DNA from: Vicinamibacterales bacterium
GTDB taxonomy: Bacteria > Acidobacteriota > Vicinamibacteria > Vicinamibacterales > UBA8438
Assembly: GCA_965215105.1 (NCBI GenBank)
Contig: OZ244051.1
Location: forward strand, 5,186,896-5,250,895
Direction of reading: 5' to 3'
Length of the DNA stretch: 64,000 bases
A model generated the notes under the pieces. The model did no database searches. It saw only the letters and a list, made by a program, of their open reading frames with translations, and was not told where the DNA came from. The translations under genes and the position numbers were made by a program. Below are positions 8,865-18,449 of the stretch, in pieces. Numbering within the stretch: position 1 is the first letter of the stretch; the number at the start of each line of letters is the position of its first letter.

Positions 8865-9431
8865 ATGAAGTCGTCAAATTGGCTAGTCGCTGTCTGCTTG
8901 GGCCTCGTGCTCGGGCTGGGCGCCGCGGGATGCGCGGACAATCCGCCGCCCGAGCCTCCGCCGCCTCCGCCGCCGGCACCGCCTCCGCCTCCGCCGCCGC
9001 CTCCGCCGCCTCCGCCGCCGCCTCCGCCGCCTCCGCCGCCGCTGACGGAAGAGGAGTTGTTCGCGCGGATGTCGCTGGACGAGCTCAACGCCTCGGCGCC
9101 GCTCGCGCCGGTGTTCTTCGAGCTGGATCAGTCGGAGCTGCTGCCGGGGGGCCAGACCACCCTGCAGCGCAACGCCGAGTGGATGCAGCGGTGGACCTCG
9201 ACCACGGTGCTCGTCGAAGGACATTGCGACGAGCGCGGGACCAACGAGTACAACCTCGCCCTGGGTGAGCGCCGCGCCGCCTCCGTTCGCGACTATCTGT
9301 TGAGCCTCGGCGTGGCCGCGGGCCGCATTCAGACCACGAGCCGCGGCGAGGAGTCGCCGTTCTGCACCGACTCGACGGAAGGTTGCTGGTCGCAGAACCG
9401 CCGCGGCCACTTCATGATCATCGCGAAGTAG
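8865..9431 (+). CDS. pal: peptidoglycan-associated lipoprotein (OmpA-family) with a long polyproline linker
   Basis: Lipobox LGAAGC. OmpA-C motifs VLVEGHCDERGTNEYNLALGERRA. AGGAGA Shine-Dalgarno before the ATG. Proline tract at aa 27-59. Confidence 0.9.
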   Translation: MKSSNWLVAVCLGLVLGLGAAGCADNPPPEPPPPPPPAPPPPPPPPPPPPPPPPPPPPPLTEEELFARMSLDELNASAPLAPVFFELDQSELLPGGQTTLQRNAEWMQRWTSTTVLVEGHCDERGTNEYNLALGERRAASVRDYLLSLGVAAGRIQTTSRGEESPFCTDSTEGCWSQNRRGHFMIIAK

Positions 9432-9442
9432 GGGAGGCCGGG

Positions 9443-9469
9443 TCGGGGCGGCGCGGGACGCCGCCCCGA
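9443..9469. terminator. GC-rich hairpin between the convergent pal and grx-like genes
   Basis: tcggggcggcg-cggga-cgccgccccga: perfect 11-bp stem, 5-nt loop. No U-tract, so function is uncertain. Confidence 0.4.
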
Positions 9470-9528
9470 TCACGCACCGATCGGCCTTGGTGAACGGGTG
9501 TGCGCGGGTTCCTCCCGCCCACGCCCGT

Positions 9529-9807
9529 TCAGTCTGTACGGGTCTGCCGAGTCGCGTCTCCGGTCCCCGGGGGCGGGGAGCCGAGCGCCTGCAGCAGCTC
9601 GGCGACCCCCGTGCGGGTGCGGGCGACCTCGACGCCGTCCGCGAGCAGGACCGGGATGTGATGCCGGTACCGTTGCAGCAGCGCCTCGTCGAGCGAGATG
9701 TCCACCTCGGCGAGCTCGCACGCCACCTGACCCTGGACACGGCGGACCACCGCCTTCATCTCCTCGCAGAGCCGGCACCCGGGACGGGTGTAGAGCGTCA
9801 ACTGCAT
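9529..9807 (-). CDS. glutaredoxin-like protein (thioredoxin fold, DUF836-like)
   Basis: 92 aa from ATG at 9807: MQLTLYTRPGCRLCEEMKAVV, with CxxC and a later IPVL motif. Overlaps the pyrD stop by 10 nt. Confidence 0.7.
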   Translation of the reverse strand: MQLTLYTRPGCRLCEEMKAVVRRVQGQVACELAEVDISLDEALLQRYRHHIPVLLADGVEVARTRTGVAELLQALGSPPPGTGDATRQTRTD

Positions 9808-10751
9808 GACGCCTCCGGGGACTCCGGGTCGCGGGCCGGGAGGGCCAGCGAGCCGACAACCTCGGTCACCCCGGCCATTCCGTGACGCTCCAGATAGCCG
9901 GCGAGGCCCGCCCTCAGCTTGTCCCAGATGAACGGGTCGACGAAGTTGGCGGTGCCCACCTGTACCGCGGTGGCGCCGGCGATGAGGAACTCCAGGGCGT
10001 CGTCGGCGTTCATGACGCCGCCCATGCCGATGAGCGGAAGCGACACGGCCTGGCGGCACTCGTGCACCATGCGGACGGCGATGGGGCGGATGGCGGGGCC
10101 GCTCAGCCCGCCCATCACGTTCGAGAGCCGCGGGCGGCGGGTCTCGACGTCGATGGCCATGGCCAGGAACGTGTTGACGAGCGAGACGGCGTCGGCCCCG
10201 GCGTCGCGCGCCGCCTCCGCGAATGCGGCGACGTCGGTCACGTTCGGGGTCAGCTTCGGGATGAGGGGGAGGCGGGTGACCTTCCGCACCGCGGCGACGA
10301 CGTCGCGGGTGCCCGCGAGCGAGCAGCCGAACATCATGCCGCCCTTCCGGATGTTGGGGCACGAGATGTTCAGCTCGATCGCCCCGACCCCCTCGGCGTC
10401 GTCGAGAATCCGGGCGACCTCGGCGTACTCGTCGATGGTCGAGCCGCAGATGTTGACGATCACCACCGCGCCGCGCTCGCGCAGCGGCGGCAGCTTCTCG
10501 GCCACGAAGCGCCGGACCCCGATGCCCTGCAGGCCGATGGCGTTCAGCATCCCGCTCGGGGTCTCGACGATGCGCTCCGGCGGGTGCCCCTCGCGCTCGT
10601 CGAGGAAGAGCCCCTTGACGGCGACCGCGCCGAGGGTGGAGAGGTCCACGACGTCGGCGTACTCGACGCCGTAGCCGAAGCAGCCGCTGGCCGCGATGAA
10701 GGGGTTCGCGAGCCTGAGGCCCCCGACGTCCACCGACAGGTCGACGCTCAT
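9798..10751 (-). CDS. pyrD: dihydroorotate dehydrogenase B, catalytic subunit
   Basis: Start at ATG 10751 (MSVDLSVDVGGLRLANPFIAASGCFGYG). Motifs NISCPN and GGLSGPAIRPIA. ATGA overlap with pyrK. Confidence 0.92.
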   Translation of the reverse strand: MSVDLSVDVGGLRLANPFIAASGCFGYGVEYADVVDLSTLGAVAVKGLFLDEREGHPPERIVETPSGMLNAIGLQGIGVRRFVAEKLPPLRERGAVVIVNICGSTIDEYAEVARILDDAEGVGAIELNISCPNIRKGGMMFGCSLAGTRDVVAAVRKVTRLPLIPKLTPNVTDVAAFAEAARDAGADAVSLVNTFLAMAIDVETRRPRLSNVMGGLSGPAIRPIAVRMVHECRQAVSLPLIGMGGVMNADDALEFLIAGATAVQVGTANFVDPFIWDKLRAGLAGYLERHGMAGVTEVVGSLALPARDPESPEASCS

Positions 10752-11572
10752 CCCCCCAGCCCGTCCCAGACCACCGTCGCGCCGTCGAAGACCGGTCCGT
10801 CCAGGCAGGAGCGGACGAAGCGGGGGGGCGCGGCGTTGCGCCGTACCGGCACCACGCAACTGTAGCAGCCGCCGAGGCCGCAACCCATCACCGGCTCCAG
10901 CGACACCTCCGTCCGGCGCCCGTGGGCGTGCGCCATGTCCGTCACCGCGCGCATCATCGGCGTCGGCCCGCAGGCGTAGAGCCGCAACGGGGCCGCGGGG
11001 TCCAGCTCCCGAAGGGCGCGTTCCAGGGGCAGGGTGACGAGTCCGTGTTCGCCCCGGCTCCCGTCGTCCGTGGCCAGCGCCAGCCGGACCCCGAGCCGGC
11101 GGAACGTGTCGAGGTGGAACAGCTCGCCGGCGGCGCGGGCGCCGTAGAACAGCGTCGACTCGACGCCGCGGGCGCGGAGGGCGACCGCGAGGGTGTGGAA
11201 CGGCGCGAGGCCGACGCCGCCGGCGACCATCCACGCCCGCTCCGGCGGGGCGGCGGGGGTGAACGGCCGGCCGAGGGGGCCGAGGCAGCGTACCGCGGCC
11301 CCCGGCTCGAGGCCGAAGAGGGTGCGGGTGGTGACCCCGATCCGCTTGTTCAGCAGCGACAGCCCGACGATGCGGCCGGCGTCGTCCTCGAGCACCTCGA
11401 AGACCGAGAACGGCCGCCGGAGCAGCGGATGGTCCCCGAGGCCGGGCTTCACCATGACGAACTGCCCCGGCTCGGCCCGCGCCGCGACGGAAGGAGCGGC
11501 CAGGCCCAGGACGTTGTAGTCGGACGACAGGCGGGTGTTCGACAGGACGATCGCGTCCACATCGACGGGCAT
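10748..11572 (-). CDS. pyrK: dihydroorotate dehydrogenase electron-transfer subunit
   Basis: 274 aa. FAD/NAD-binding fold (RRPFSV, MVAGGVGLAP). C-terminal 2Fe-2S cysteines MGCGLGGCYSC...C. Confidence 0.9.
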   Translation of the reverse strand: MPVDVDAIVLSNTRLSSDYNVLGLAAPSVAARAEPGQFVMVKPGLGDHPLLRRPFSVFEVLEDDAGRIVGLSLLNKRIGVTTRTLFGLEPGAAVRCLGPLGRPFTPAAPPERAWMVAGGVGLAPFHTLAVALRARGVESTLFYGARAAGELFHLDTFRRLGVRLALATDDGSRGEHGLVTLPLERALRELDPAAPLRLYACGPTPMMRAVTDMAHAHGRRTEVSLEPVMGCGLGGCYSCVVPVRRNAAPPRFVRSCLDGPVFDGATVVWDGLGG

Positions 11573-11645
11573 GACGCGGCGATCATAGCAGCCCGCGGGC
11601 TGCCGGCAGAGACGGCCGGCGCTCCCGCCGCCGCGGGCGGCGCGG

Positions 11646-11675
11646 TTGCGCGCCGTCGAGGCGCGGCGCTACAAT
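11646..11675 (+). promoter_or_regulatory. candidate promoter of the pyrR-pyrB-pyrC operon
   Basis: TTGCGC (11646-11651), 18 bp, TACAAT (11670-11675), about 100 nt upstream of pyrR. Confidence 0.35.
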
Positions 11676-11781
11676 GCGGAGGCTCTCCCGCCGCCCGCGG
11701 GCGGATGACCCGGCGCGGGCGGCGACCCGGCTGCGACTCCCGTCCATCGTCGGCTGCGCCGCCCGGAGCCGCGGAGGTCCC

Positions 11782-12312
11782 GTGCCGGTGGTGATGGCGG
11801 CCGAGCAGGTCGCGCGCACGATTACCAGAATCGCCCACGAGGTGACCGAGCGTCATCGCACCCTCGATGACCTCGCGCTGGTCGGCATCCGAACCGCCGG
11901 CGCCCCCATCGCGCGCCGGCTGTCGATCGAGCTGCACGACATCACCGGGGTCCGGGTGCCGACCGGGGCCCTCGACATCACCCTCTACCGGGACGACCTC
12001 ATGCGCAGCCAGGTCGGGCCGCAGCCGATCCTGCGCCGGACCGACATCGACTTCTCCATCGACGACCGCCGGATCCTCCTCGTCGACGACGTGCTGTACA
12101 CCGGCCGCACCATCCGGGCCGCCCTCGACGCCCTCATCGACTTCGGGCGTCCCCGCGCCATCGAGCTGGTCGTGCTCGTCGACCGGGGGCACCGCGAGCT
12201 GCCGATCAAGGCCGACTACGTCGGCAGGACCGTTCCCACCTCGCCGGAGGAGAGCGTCCAGGTGCGCCTGGAAGAGGTCGAGGGCCGGGACGAGGTGGTC
12301 GTCGAGCGATGA
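11782..12312 (+). CDS. pyrR: bifunctional pyr operon regulator / uracil phosphoribosyltransferase
   Basis: [14 protein letters not shown] and PRPP motif [13 protein letters not shown]. Start is either GTG 11782 or ATG 11794. ATGA overlap with pyrB. Confidence 0.9.
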   Translation: MPVVMAAEQVARTITRIAHEVTERHRTLDDLALVGIRTAGAPIARRLSIELHDITGVRVPTGALDITLYRDDLMRSQVGPQPILRRTDIDFSIDDRRILLVDDVLYTGRTIRAALDALIDFGRPRAIELVVLVDRGHRELPIKADYVGRTVPTSPEESVQVRLEEVEGRDEVVVER

Positions 12313-13313
12313 CCCCCACCGCCGACCCGTCCCGCCGCGCCGCCGATCCGCCGTTGCCCATCGACGTGCCCGCCCGCCTCCGGACGAAGGACCTGCTGAG
12401 CGTGGCGGACCTGTCGCCCGACGAGATCCTGCGGGTGCTCGACACCGCCGAGGCCATGAAGGAGGTCGGCACGCGGTCGATCAAGAAGGTGCCGGCCCTG
12501 CGCGGCCACACCGTCGTCAACCTCTTCTTCGAGCCGAGCACGCGCACCCGGACCTCGTTCGAGATCGCCGAGAAGCGGCTCAGCGCCGACACCGTGAACA
12601 TCGCCTCCACCGGCTCGAGCGTCTCGAAGGGCGAGACGCTCGCCGACACCGCCCGCAACCTCGAGGCGATGGCGCCCGACATGATCGTCCTGCGGCACGC
12701 GTCCGCGGGGGCCGGGCACCTCGTCTCCCGCCTGTGCGGGGCCCGCGTCATCAACGCCGGCGACGGCATGCACGAGCATCCGACGCAGGCCCTTCTCGAC
12801 GCGTTCACGATCCGCGAGCACAAGGCCGGCTTCGCGGGGCTCGAGGTCGCCATCGTCGGCGACCTGCTGCACAGCCGGGTGTTCCGGTCGAACCTGCTGC
12901 TGCTGCGGGCCCTCGGGGCCGACGTCCGCGCGTGCGGGCCGGCCACCCTGATGCTGCCGGACATGGCGCGGCTCGGGGTGCGCGCGACCACGTCGGTGGA
13001 CGAGGCGGTCGAGGGGGCCGACGTCGTCATGCTGCTCCGCGTGCAGCTCGAGCGCATGCGCGGCCACTTCTTCCCGTCGCTGCGCGAGTACTTCCAGCGC
13101 TTCGGCCTGACCCCGGCCCGGCTGCGCCGCGCCGCGCCCGACGCCATCGTCATGCATCCGGGACCGATGAACCGCGGGGTCGAGATAGCGTCGGAGGTCG
13201 CCGACGGGTCCCGGTCGGTCATTCTCGAGCAGGTGGCCAACGGGGTCGCGGTCCGCATGGCGGTGCTGTACCTGCTGGCGGAGAGCCGCCGGGAGGAGCC
13301 CGCCGGTGAGTGA
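12309..13313 (+). CDS. pyrB: aspartate carbamoyltransferase catalytic subunit
   Basis: [29 protein letters not shown] motifs. Confidence 0.95.
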   Translation: MTPTADPSRRAADPPLPIDVPARLRTKDLLSVADLSPDEILRVLDTAEAMKEVGTRSIKKVPALRGHTVVNLFFEPSTRTRTSFEIAEKRLSADTVNIASTGSSVSKGETLADTARNLEAMAPDMIVLRHASAGAGHLVSRLCGARVINAGDGMHEHPTQALLDAFTIREHKAGFAGLEVAIVGDLLHSRVFRSNLLLLRALGADVRACGPATLMLPDMARLGVRATTSVDEAVEGADVVMLLRVQLERMRGHFFPSLREYFQRFGLTPARLRRAAPDAIVMHPGPMNRGVEIASEVADGSRSVILEQVANGVAVRMAVLYLLAESRREEPAGE

Positions 13314-14838
13314 GCGGACCACCATTCTGAAGGGGGGGCGCGTCGTCGACCCCGTCGCCGGCCTCGACGGCGCCGCCGACGTGTTGATCCGGGGCGGCCG
13401 GGTGGCGCGGGTCGGCCGCGCACTGGAGGTCGAGCCGGGGGCCGTGGTCGTCGACGTCCCGGACGGCTGCGTGGTGTGCCCGGGCTTCGTCGACATGCAC
13501 GTCCACCTGCGCGAACCGGGGGCCGAGCACCGGGAGACGGTCGCGACGGGGGTCGCGGCGGCCGTGGCCGGGGGCTTCACCGCGGTCGCCTGCACGCCCG
13601 ACACCGAGCCCGCCAACGACGAGGCCGGCGTGACCGGGCTCATCCTCGCGAAGGCGGCCGAGGCCGGCCTCGCGCGGGTCCACCCGATCGGGGCGGTGAC
13701 GAAGGGGCGGGCGGGGCGGCAGCTCGCGGCCCTCGGCGAGCTGCGCGACGCCGGATGCGTCGCCGTCTCCGACGCGGGGCGCCCCGTGGCCGACGCGATC
13801 CTGATGCGGCGCGCCCTCGAGTACGCCGCGATGTGCGGCATGGCGGTCGTCGACCACTGCGAGGACCCCGCCCTCACCGCCGGCGGGGTCGCCCACGAGG
13901 GCGCGGCGGCGGCGCTGCTGGGGTTGCGCGGCATGCCGGCGGCGGCCGAGGAGATCGTCGCCGGGCGCGACGTGGCGCTGAGCGGATTGACGGGGGCGCC
14001 GGTCCACCTCGCCCACGTCAGCACCCGCGGCGCCCTCCGGGCGGTGCGGTCCGGGAAGGCGCGGGGCGTCCCCGTCACCTGCGAGGTCACGCCGCACCAC
14101 CTCGCCCTGACCGACGAGCGGCTGGCCGGCTACGACACGAACTGCAAGACGAACCCGCCCCTGCGCGGGGCCGCCGACGTCGAGGCCCTGCTCGCCGGCC
14201 TCGCCGACGGCACCGTCGACTGCGTGGCCAGCGACCACGCGCCGCACCACTTCGACGAGAAGCTCGTCGAGTTCGACCGCGCCCCGTTCGGCGTCGTCGG
14301 CCTCGAGACGGCGGTGTCGGTCTGCCTGGACCGGCTCGTGCACGCGGGGCACGTGTCGCTGAGCCGCCTCGTGGGGCTGCTCTCCGCGAACCCGGCGCGA
14401 ATCCTCGGGGTGGAAGGCGGCGCCCTGACCGAGGGGGCGCCGGCCGACGTCACCGTGCTCGCCCCCGACCTGCCGGTCACCGTCGACGCCCACGGGTTCC
14501 GCTCGCTGGCCCGCAACACCCCCTTCGACGGCTGGTCGCTCCGGGGCGGCGTCGCGGCCACGATGGTCGGCGGGCGGACCGTGTACGTCAACGCCGCCGT
14601 CGCCGGGGCCGGCGCCTTCAACGTTGCGGCCGCCGCAGACGGCGCGGCCGCCACGGCCGCCACGCACCGCCCCGACGCCGCGGGCCGTCCTGACGCCGCG
14701 GGCCGCCCTGACGCCGCGGGCCGTTCCGGCGCCGCGGGCCGTTCCGGCGCCGCGGGCCGCCCCGAGGCCGCGGGCGGGACCGGCGCGGCCGGCGGCGATG
14801 AGGGGGTCCGCGCCGTCGGTGCCCCGCGTCGCGCCTGA
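13306..14838 (+). CDS. pyrC: dihydroorotase with a C-terminal hexapeptide-repeat tail
   Basis: GTG start overlaps the pyrB stop. [12 protein letters not shown] and CVASDHAPH motifs. About 70 extra C-terminal residues contain (RPDAAG)-type repeats. Confidence 0.9.
   Translation: MSERTTILKGGRVVDPVAGLDGAADVLIRGGRVARVGRALEVEPGAVVVDVPDGCVVCPGFVDMHVHLREPGAEHRETVATGVAAAVAGGFTAVACTPDTEPANDEAGVTGLILAKAAEAGLARVHPIGAVTKGRAGRQLAALGELRDAGCVAVSDAGRPVADAILMRRALEYAAMCGMAVVDHCEDPALTAGGVAHEGAAAALLGLRGMPAAAEEIVAGRDVALSGLTGAPVHLAHVSTRGALRAVRSGKARGVPVTCEVTPHHLALTDERLAGYDTNCKTNPPLRGAADVEALLAGLADGTVDCVASDHAPHHFDEKLVEFDRAPFGVVGLETAVSVCLDRLVHAGHVSLSRLVGLLSANPARILGVEGGALTEGAPADVTVLAPDLPVTVDAHGFRSLARNTPFDGWSLRGGVAATMVGGRTVYVNAAVAGAGAFNVAAAADGAAATAATHRPDAAGRPDAAGRPDAAGRSGAAGRSGAAGRPEAAGGTGAAGGDEGVRAVGAPRRA
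14668..14793 (+). repeat. seven in-frame 18-bp tandem repeats inside the pyrC 3' end
   Basis: Units start at 14668, 14686, 14704, 14722, 14740, 14758 and 14776. They encode RPDAAG x3, RSGAAG x2, [12 protein letters not shown]. Confidence 0.9.
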
Positions 14839-15755
14839 TGCCCCGCCGCCGCGTGCCGGCCGCCGCGCTCCGCCGTCTCGGCGAACCGCTCGATCGACTG
14901 TACCGGACGTTCGATCACCCCGAGTCGGCGATCGATCCCGTCCACCTCGTGCGGCGGTATCCCGCGGCCGAGGACCGCGAGGTGGTGGGGCTCTGCGCGG
15001 CGGGGCTCGCGTTCGGCCGGGTCGCGGCGGTGCTCGAGTCCATCGAGGCGGTGCTGGCGGTGCTCGGCCCGCGCCCGGCGGCCTTCGTGCGGCGCTTCGA
15101 CCCGGCGCGGGACGCCGACGCCCTGCGCCCGTTCGTCCACCGCTGGATCCGCGGGGTGGACGTCATCGCGCTCCTCTGCATCCTCAAGCGGATGCTCGAG
15201 GTCTCGGGCTCGATCGAGCGCTTCTTCCTCGAAGGGGACGACGCGTCCGCCCCCGACGTCGGGCCGGGGCTCGACCGGTTCGGGGCGCGGGCCCTCGCCG
15301 TCGACCTCGCGCCGGTCTACGGCCGCGACCCGCGGCGGCGGGTGGCGTGGTTCTTCCCGCGCCCGGCCGGGGGCAGCGCCTGCAAGCGGCTCAACCTGTT
15401 CCTGCGCTGGATGGTCCGCCGCGACGCCGTCGACCTCGGGGCCTGGTCGGGGCTCGCGTCCTCCCGGCTCGTGGTCCCCCTCGACACCCACGTGATCCGG
15501 GTCGGACGCTGCCTGCGGCTCACCCGCTACCGCAGCCCCGGCTGGGCGATGGCCCGCGAGATCACCGACTCGCTGCGGCGGCTCGACCCCGGCGACCCCG
15601 TCCGCTACGATTTCTCGCTGTGCCACCTCGGCATGATGGACGCCTGCGGGTTCGGCCGTCCGCAGCGCGACGACCGGTGCCCGCTGCGGGGGCTGTGCCG
15701 GCCCGGCGGCCGTCGGCGCCGCCGGCCGCCGGGACCCCTGGTTCCGAGCCGATGA
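14838..15755 (+). CDS. TIGR02757/DUF2400 family protein
   Basis: 305 aa. VVPLDTHVIRVGRCLRL and FSLCHLGMMDAC are typical of this family. Start overlaps the pyrC stop. Confidence 0.7.
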   Translation: MPRRRVPAAALRRLGEPLDRLYRTFDHPESAIDPVHLVRRYPAAEDREVVGLCAAGLAFGRVAAVLESIEAVLAVLGPRPAAFVRRFDPARDADALRPFVHRWIRGVDVIALLCILKRMLEVSGSIERFFLEGDDASAPDVGPGLDRFGARALAVDLAPVYGRDPRRRVAWFFPRPAGGSACKRLNLFLRWMVRRDAVDLGAWSGLASSRLVVPLDTHVIRVGRCLRLTRYRSPGWAMAREITDSLRRLDPGDPVRYDFSLCHLGMMDACGFGRPQRDDRCPLRGLCRPGGRRRRRPPGPLVPSR

Positions 15756-15902
15756 CGCCTGCCGCGGCCCCGGGCTGCGCGGCCGCGGGTGCGGCGGCCG
15801 GCCGCGTCGGGTCCGGACCGGCCCAGCCCGCCAGCGTTCGGCTTCCGGCTCGGCCGAGCGCGGGGCCCGCGCCGCCGCGGGTCGTCACGCCGCGTCGGCC
15901 GA

Positions 15903-17537
15903 TCACGGGATGACCCCGCCCAGCGGGATCTCCTGCACCGCCTCGAAGTCCACCAGCGACCGGATGTAGTCGAGGATGGCCTGCTGCTCGGTGTTGCGCG
16001 CCGTCGCGAGGTCGCGCTGCGACTGGAACACGAAGAAGTTGGTCGACAGGCCCACCTCGAACTTGCGCTGCTCGGCCTCGAGGCGGCGCTCCGCCAGCTC
16101 CCGCGAGACCCGGGTGGCCTCCACCCGCTGCAGGTTGGTCCGCACGCTCCGGGCCGCGTCGCGGACCTCGGCGGCGACGCGCAGCTCCAGGCTCCGCCGG
16201 CTCGCCTCGCTCCGGGACCGCTCCAGCCGGGAGCGCTCGAGGGCGGCGTCGGCCGCGCTCGTCCCGAAGGGGTAGGAGACGGTCACCCCCACCGTCCAGT
16301 TCGGGAACTCGTTCGCCAGGATGTCGCCGAGGGTGCTGCCGAACGACCTCTGCTCCGTGCCCACGACGGTGCCGGGGAACCCGCCGGCCCGGATCAGCCG
16401 CTCCCCGCCCTGCCCCGTCAGCCGGTAGTCGACCCGCAGGTCCACGGCGGGCAACTGCTGGTTGCGGAAGTAGCGGATGTCGGTGTCGGTGATCTCCAGG
16501 TTCTTGTCGAGGGTGTCGAGGTCGGTCCGGTTCAGGAGGGCGTTGCGGACGGCGGCGTCGACGTCGATCTCGCGCGCCTGCAGCACCGGGCTGTCGCTGG
16601 GCTGGAGGCTGATCGACCAGAAGTCGGGCGTGTCCCGCGGGTCGAACACCCGGGTCCGCAACTGGTCCTCGGCGCGCTCGAGGTCCGCCTCGGCCCGAAT
16701 CACCGCCTCGATGTTCCGCGCGACCTCGTTCTCGGCCTCGACGATGTCGATGGGGGCCATGGTGCCGACCTCGACCCGGGTGCGGTTGTTGCGCAGCGAC
16801 TCTTCCGCGAGCTCGAGCGACTGGCGCTGGACCTCGAGGAACGACCGGGCGAACACGAGCTGCCAGTAGGCGTTGCGGACGTCGCGCTCGGTCGAGACGA
16901 CGGTGCGCCGGAGGTCGATGTCGGAGAGGTCCCGGTTGGCGCGGGTGACGGCGATCCGCTGGCGGAAGTCGTCGATGCCGAAGTTGCGCACCAGCGGCTG
17001 CGTGTAGTTGAGGTTCAGGTTCGACTGCAGCAGGGGGTTGAAGCTCGTGAAGACGTTGGTCGTGGTCGATCGTCGGCCGGTCCACCCCGCCGAGTACTGG
17101 CCGCCCTTCCAGGGCACCTGCTGCACGACGCCCACGTCGTCCTGCACGAAGCGGTTGGTCACCACGTCGCCGCCGTCGAAGATGTTGCCGGCGGGGCGGT
17201 CCAGGTCGTCGCCGGTGAGCGTCGTCGACAGCTCGGGGGTGTACACCGACCGCGCCTCGGCGACGAACGCGTCCTGGATCAGCGGGTTGATGCGCTCGAC
17301 CCGCAGGTCGAGGTTCTGCTCGAGGGCCAGGGTCACCGCCTCTTCGATCGACAGGCGGCGCACCGGGCGGGCCGGCTGGAGGGCGGGCCGGGGCAGGATG
17401 ACGCCGCCCGCGGACGCCGCGCCGGGCGGCGCGGCGGCGGGGAGTCCCGCCGGCCCCTGGGCGTTGCCGCGCGCGGGGTGCAGGCCCGCCAGCGCGAGCG
17501 TCATGAGCATCGTGACCACCAGTCTGCGCATCTCCAT
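15903..17537 (-). CDS. TolC-family outer-membrane efflux protein
   Basis: Start at ATG 17537 (MEMRRLVVTMLMTLALAGLHPARG signal). Two repeats of the OEP pattern (LSIEEAVTLALEQNLDLR ... ; RNAYWQLVFARSFLEV...). Confidence 0.85.
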   Translation of the reverse strand: MEMRRLVVTMLMTLALAGLHPARGNAQGPAGLPAAAPPGAASAGGVILPRPALQPARPVRRLSIEEAVTLALEQNLDLRVERINPLIQDAFVAEARSVYTPELSTTLTGDDLDRPAGNIFDGGDVVTNRFVQDDVGVVQQVPWKGGQYSAGWTGRRSTTTNVFTSFNPLLQSNLNLNYTQPLVRNFGIDDFRQRIAVTRANRDLSDIDLRRTVVSTERDVRNAYWQLVFARSFLEVQRQSLELAEESLRNNRTRVEVGTMAPIDIVEAENEVARNIEAVIRAEADLERAEDQLRTRVFDPRDTPDFWSISLQPSDSPVLQAREIDVDAAVRNALLNRTDLDTLDKNLEITDTDIRYFRNQQLPAVDLRVDYRLTGQGGERLIRAGGFPGTVVGTEQRSFGSTLGDILANEFPNWTVGVTVSYPFGTSAADAALERSRLERSRSEASRRSLELRVAAEVRDAARSVRTNLQRVEATRVSRELAERRLEAEQRKFEVGLSTNFFVFQSQRDLATARNTEQQAILDYIRSLVDFEAVQEIPLGGVIP

Positions 17538-17816
17538 CTCCTGACGCCGAAGCGTTGTTGCGGCATCGCCGCCGGTCGGCGACGGCGTGAACGCCGCCTC
17601 CCTCGGACGACGTGCCGCCTCCTCTAATATGACGTTGGCGAAGGGCTCAAGTTCTGGCCGGCCGGTTCCGTGCGGAACCGTGGGGCGGGATCGGCCCCGT
17701 CCGCGCGGCGGAGGCAGGCCGGCGGCGGTTGCCGCCACCTTCGCGGGAGAGGTCCGCGCGTGGCGGCGTGACGCGGGCCGGCGGCACTTCCGGAGCCGGC
17801 GAAGGCGGACAGGCGC

Positions 17817-18152
17817 TCAGACCTCCGTCAACCGCACGACGCGCGTGATGGCCTGCGACAGCCGCTCCCAGCTCTCCGATTCCTGCCGCAGGTACCGGCG
17901 TCCGGGCGGCGTCAGCGCGTAGGTCTTCCCGCGCCGGCGGTTGCTCGTCTCCCGCCACTCGGCCGCGACCCAGCCCTGCTGCTCGAGCTTGTGGAGGGCA
18001 GGGTAGAGCGAGCCGTCGCTGACCTGGAGCACGTCGTTCGAGACCTGCTTGAGGCGCTGGCTCAGGGCCCACCCGTTCATCGGCTCGAGATCGAGAATCT
18101 TCAGGATCAGCAGGTCGAGCGTGCCCTGCACGAGGTTGGACGGCTTGGTCAT
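17817..18152 (-). CDS. PadR family transcriptional regulator
   Basis: 111 aa. GTLDLLILKIL...GSLYPALHKLEQQGWV is the winged-helix signature. Confidence 0.9.
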   Translation of the reverse strand: MTKPSNLVQGTLDLLILKILDLEPMNGWALSQRLKQVSNDVLQVSDGSLYPALHKLEQQGWVAAEWRETSNRRRGKTYALTPPGRRYLRQESESWERLSQAITRVVRLTEV

Positions 18153-18429
18153 GTGATGCCTCGGTTACCGAGTATACCATCCCCCGCCGGGTGTCCGCGG
18201 GGATGACGCGAGAGCTCCCGGGAGGAGTGCGTCGGCGTGCGCCCGGATGAGTGCGCGCGGCGGGGCAGCGCCAGGGTCTCCCCGTGAGCGCGCCGGCGTG
18301 CGTCCGGAAGGGCGTCGAGGAACCCGGCGTCCGGCCCGGCCGCGCCCGGCCGCCGCCGCGGCGGGAGGTATACTCCGGTCGGCCGCGCCCGCGGCGAGCC
18401 CCTTGCCGGACCCGGCTCGCGGCCGCCGC

Positions 18430-18449
18430 AGCCCGCCAATCGTCGCCTG
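18430..18449 (-). repeat. 20-bp terminal fragment of the 83-bp repeat family, abutting the truA ATG
   Basis: agcccgccaatcgtcgcctg is identical to the start of the copy at 36686-36769. It ends one base before the truA start codon. Confidence 0.5.

Noticed and set aside
8210-9088. ORF with a long poly-Gly run (292 aa, minus strand).
   Set aside because: It is the antisense reading of the pal polyproline (CCG)n tract and of the REC-PilZ upstream region, with no independent support.
11676-11781. PyrR-binding attenuator hairpin in the pyrR leader, or in the divergent pyrK leader.
   Set aside because: Only a weak resemblance was found (GGGAGAGCC on the minus strand versus the UCCAGAGAGGC-type loop consensus). 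There is no convincing terminator/antiterminator pair. A covariance-model search is needed.
15756-15902. Another fragment of the 83-bp repeat (cccagcccgccagcgttcggcttccggctcgg).
   Set aside because: Only about 9 contiguous matching bases and loose similarity afterwards, which is not distinguishable from chance in GC-rich DNA.
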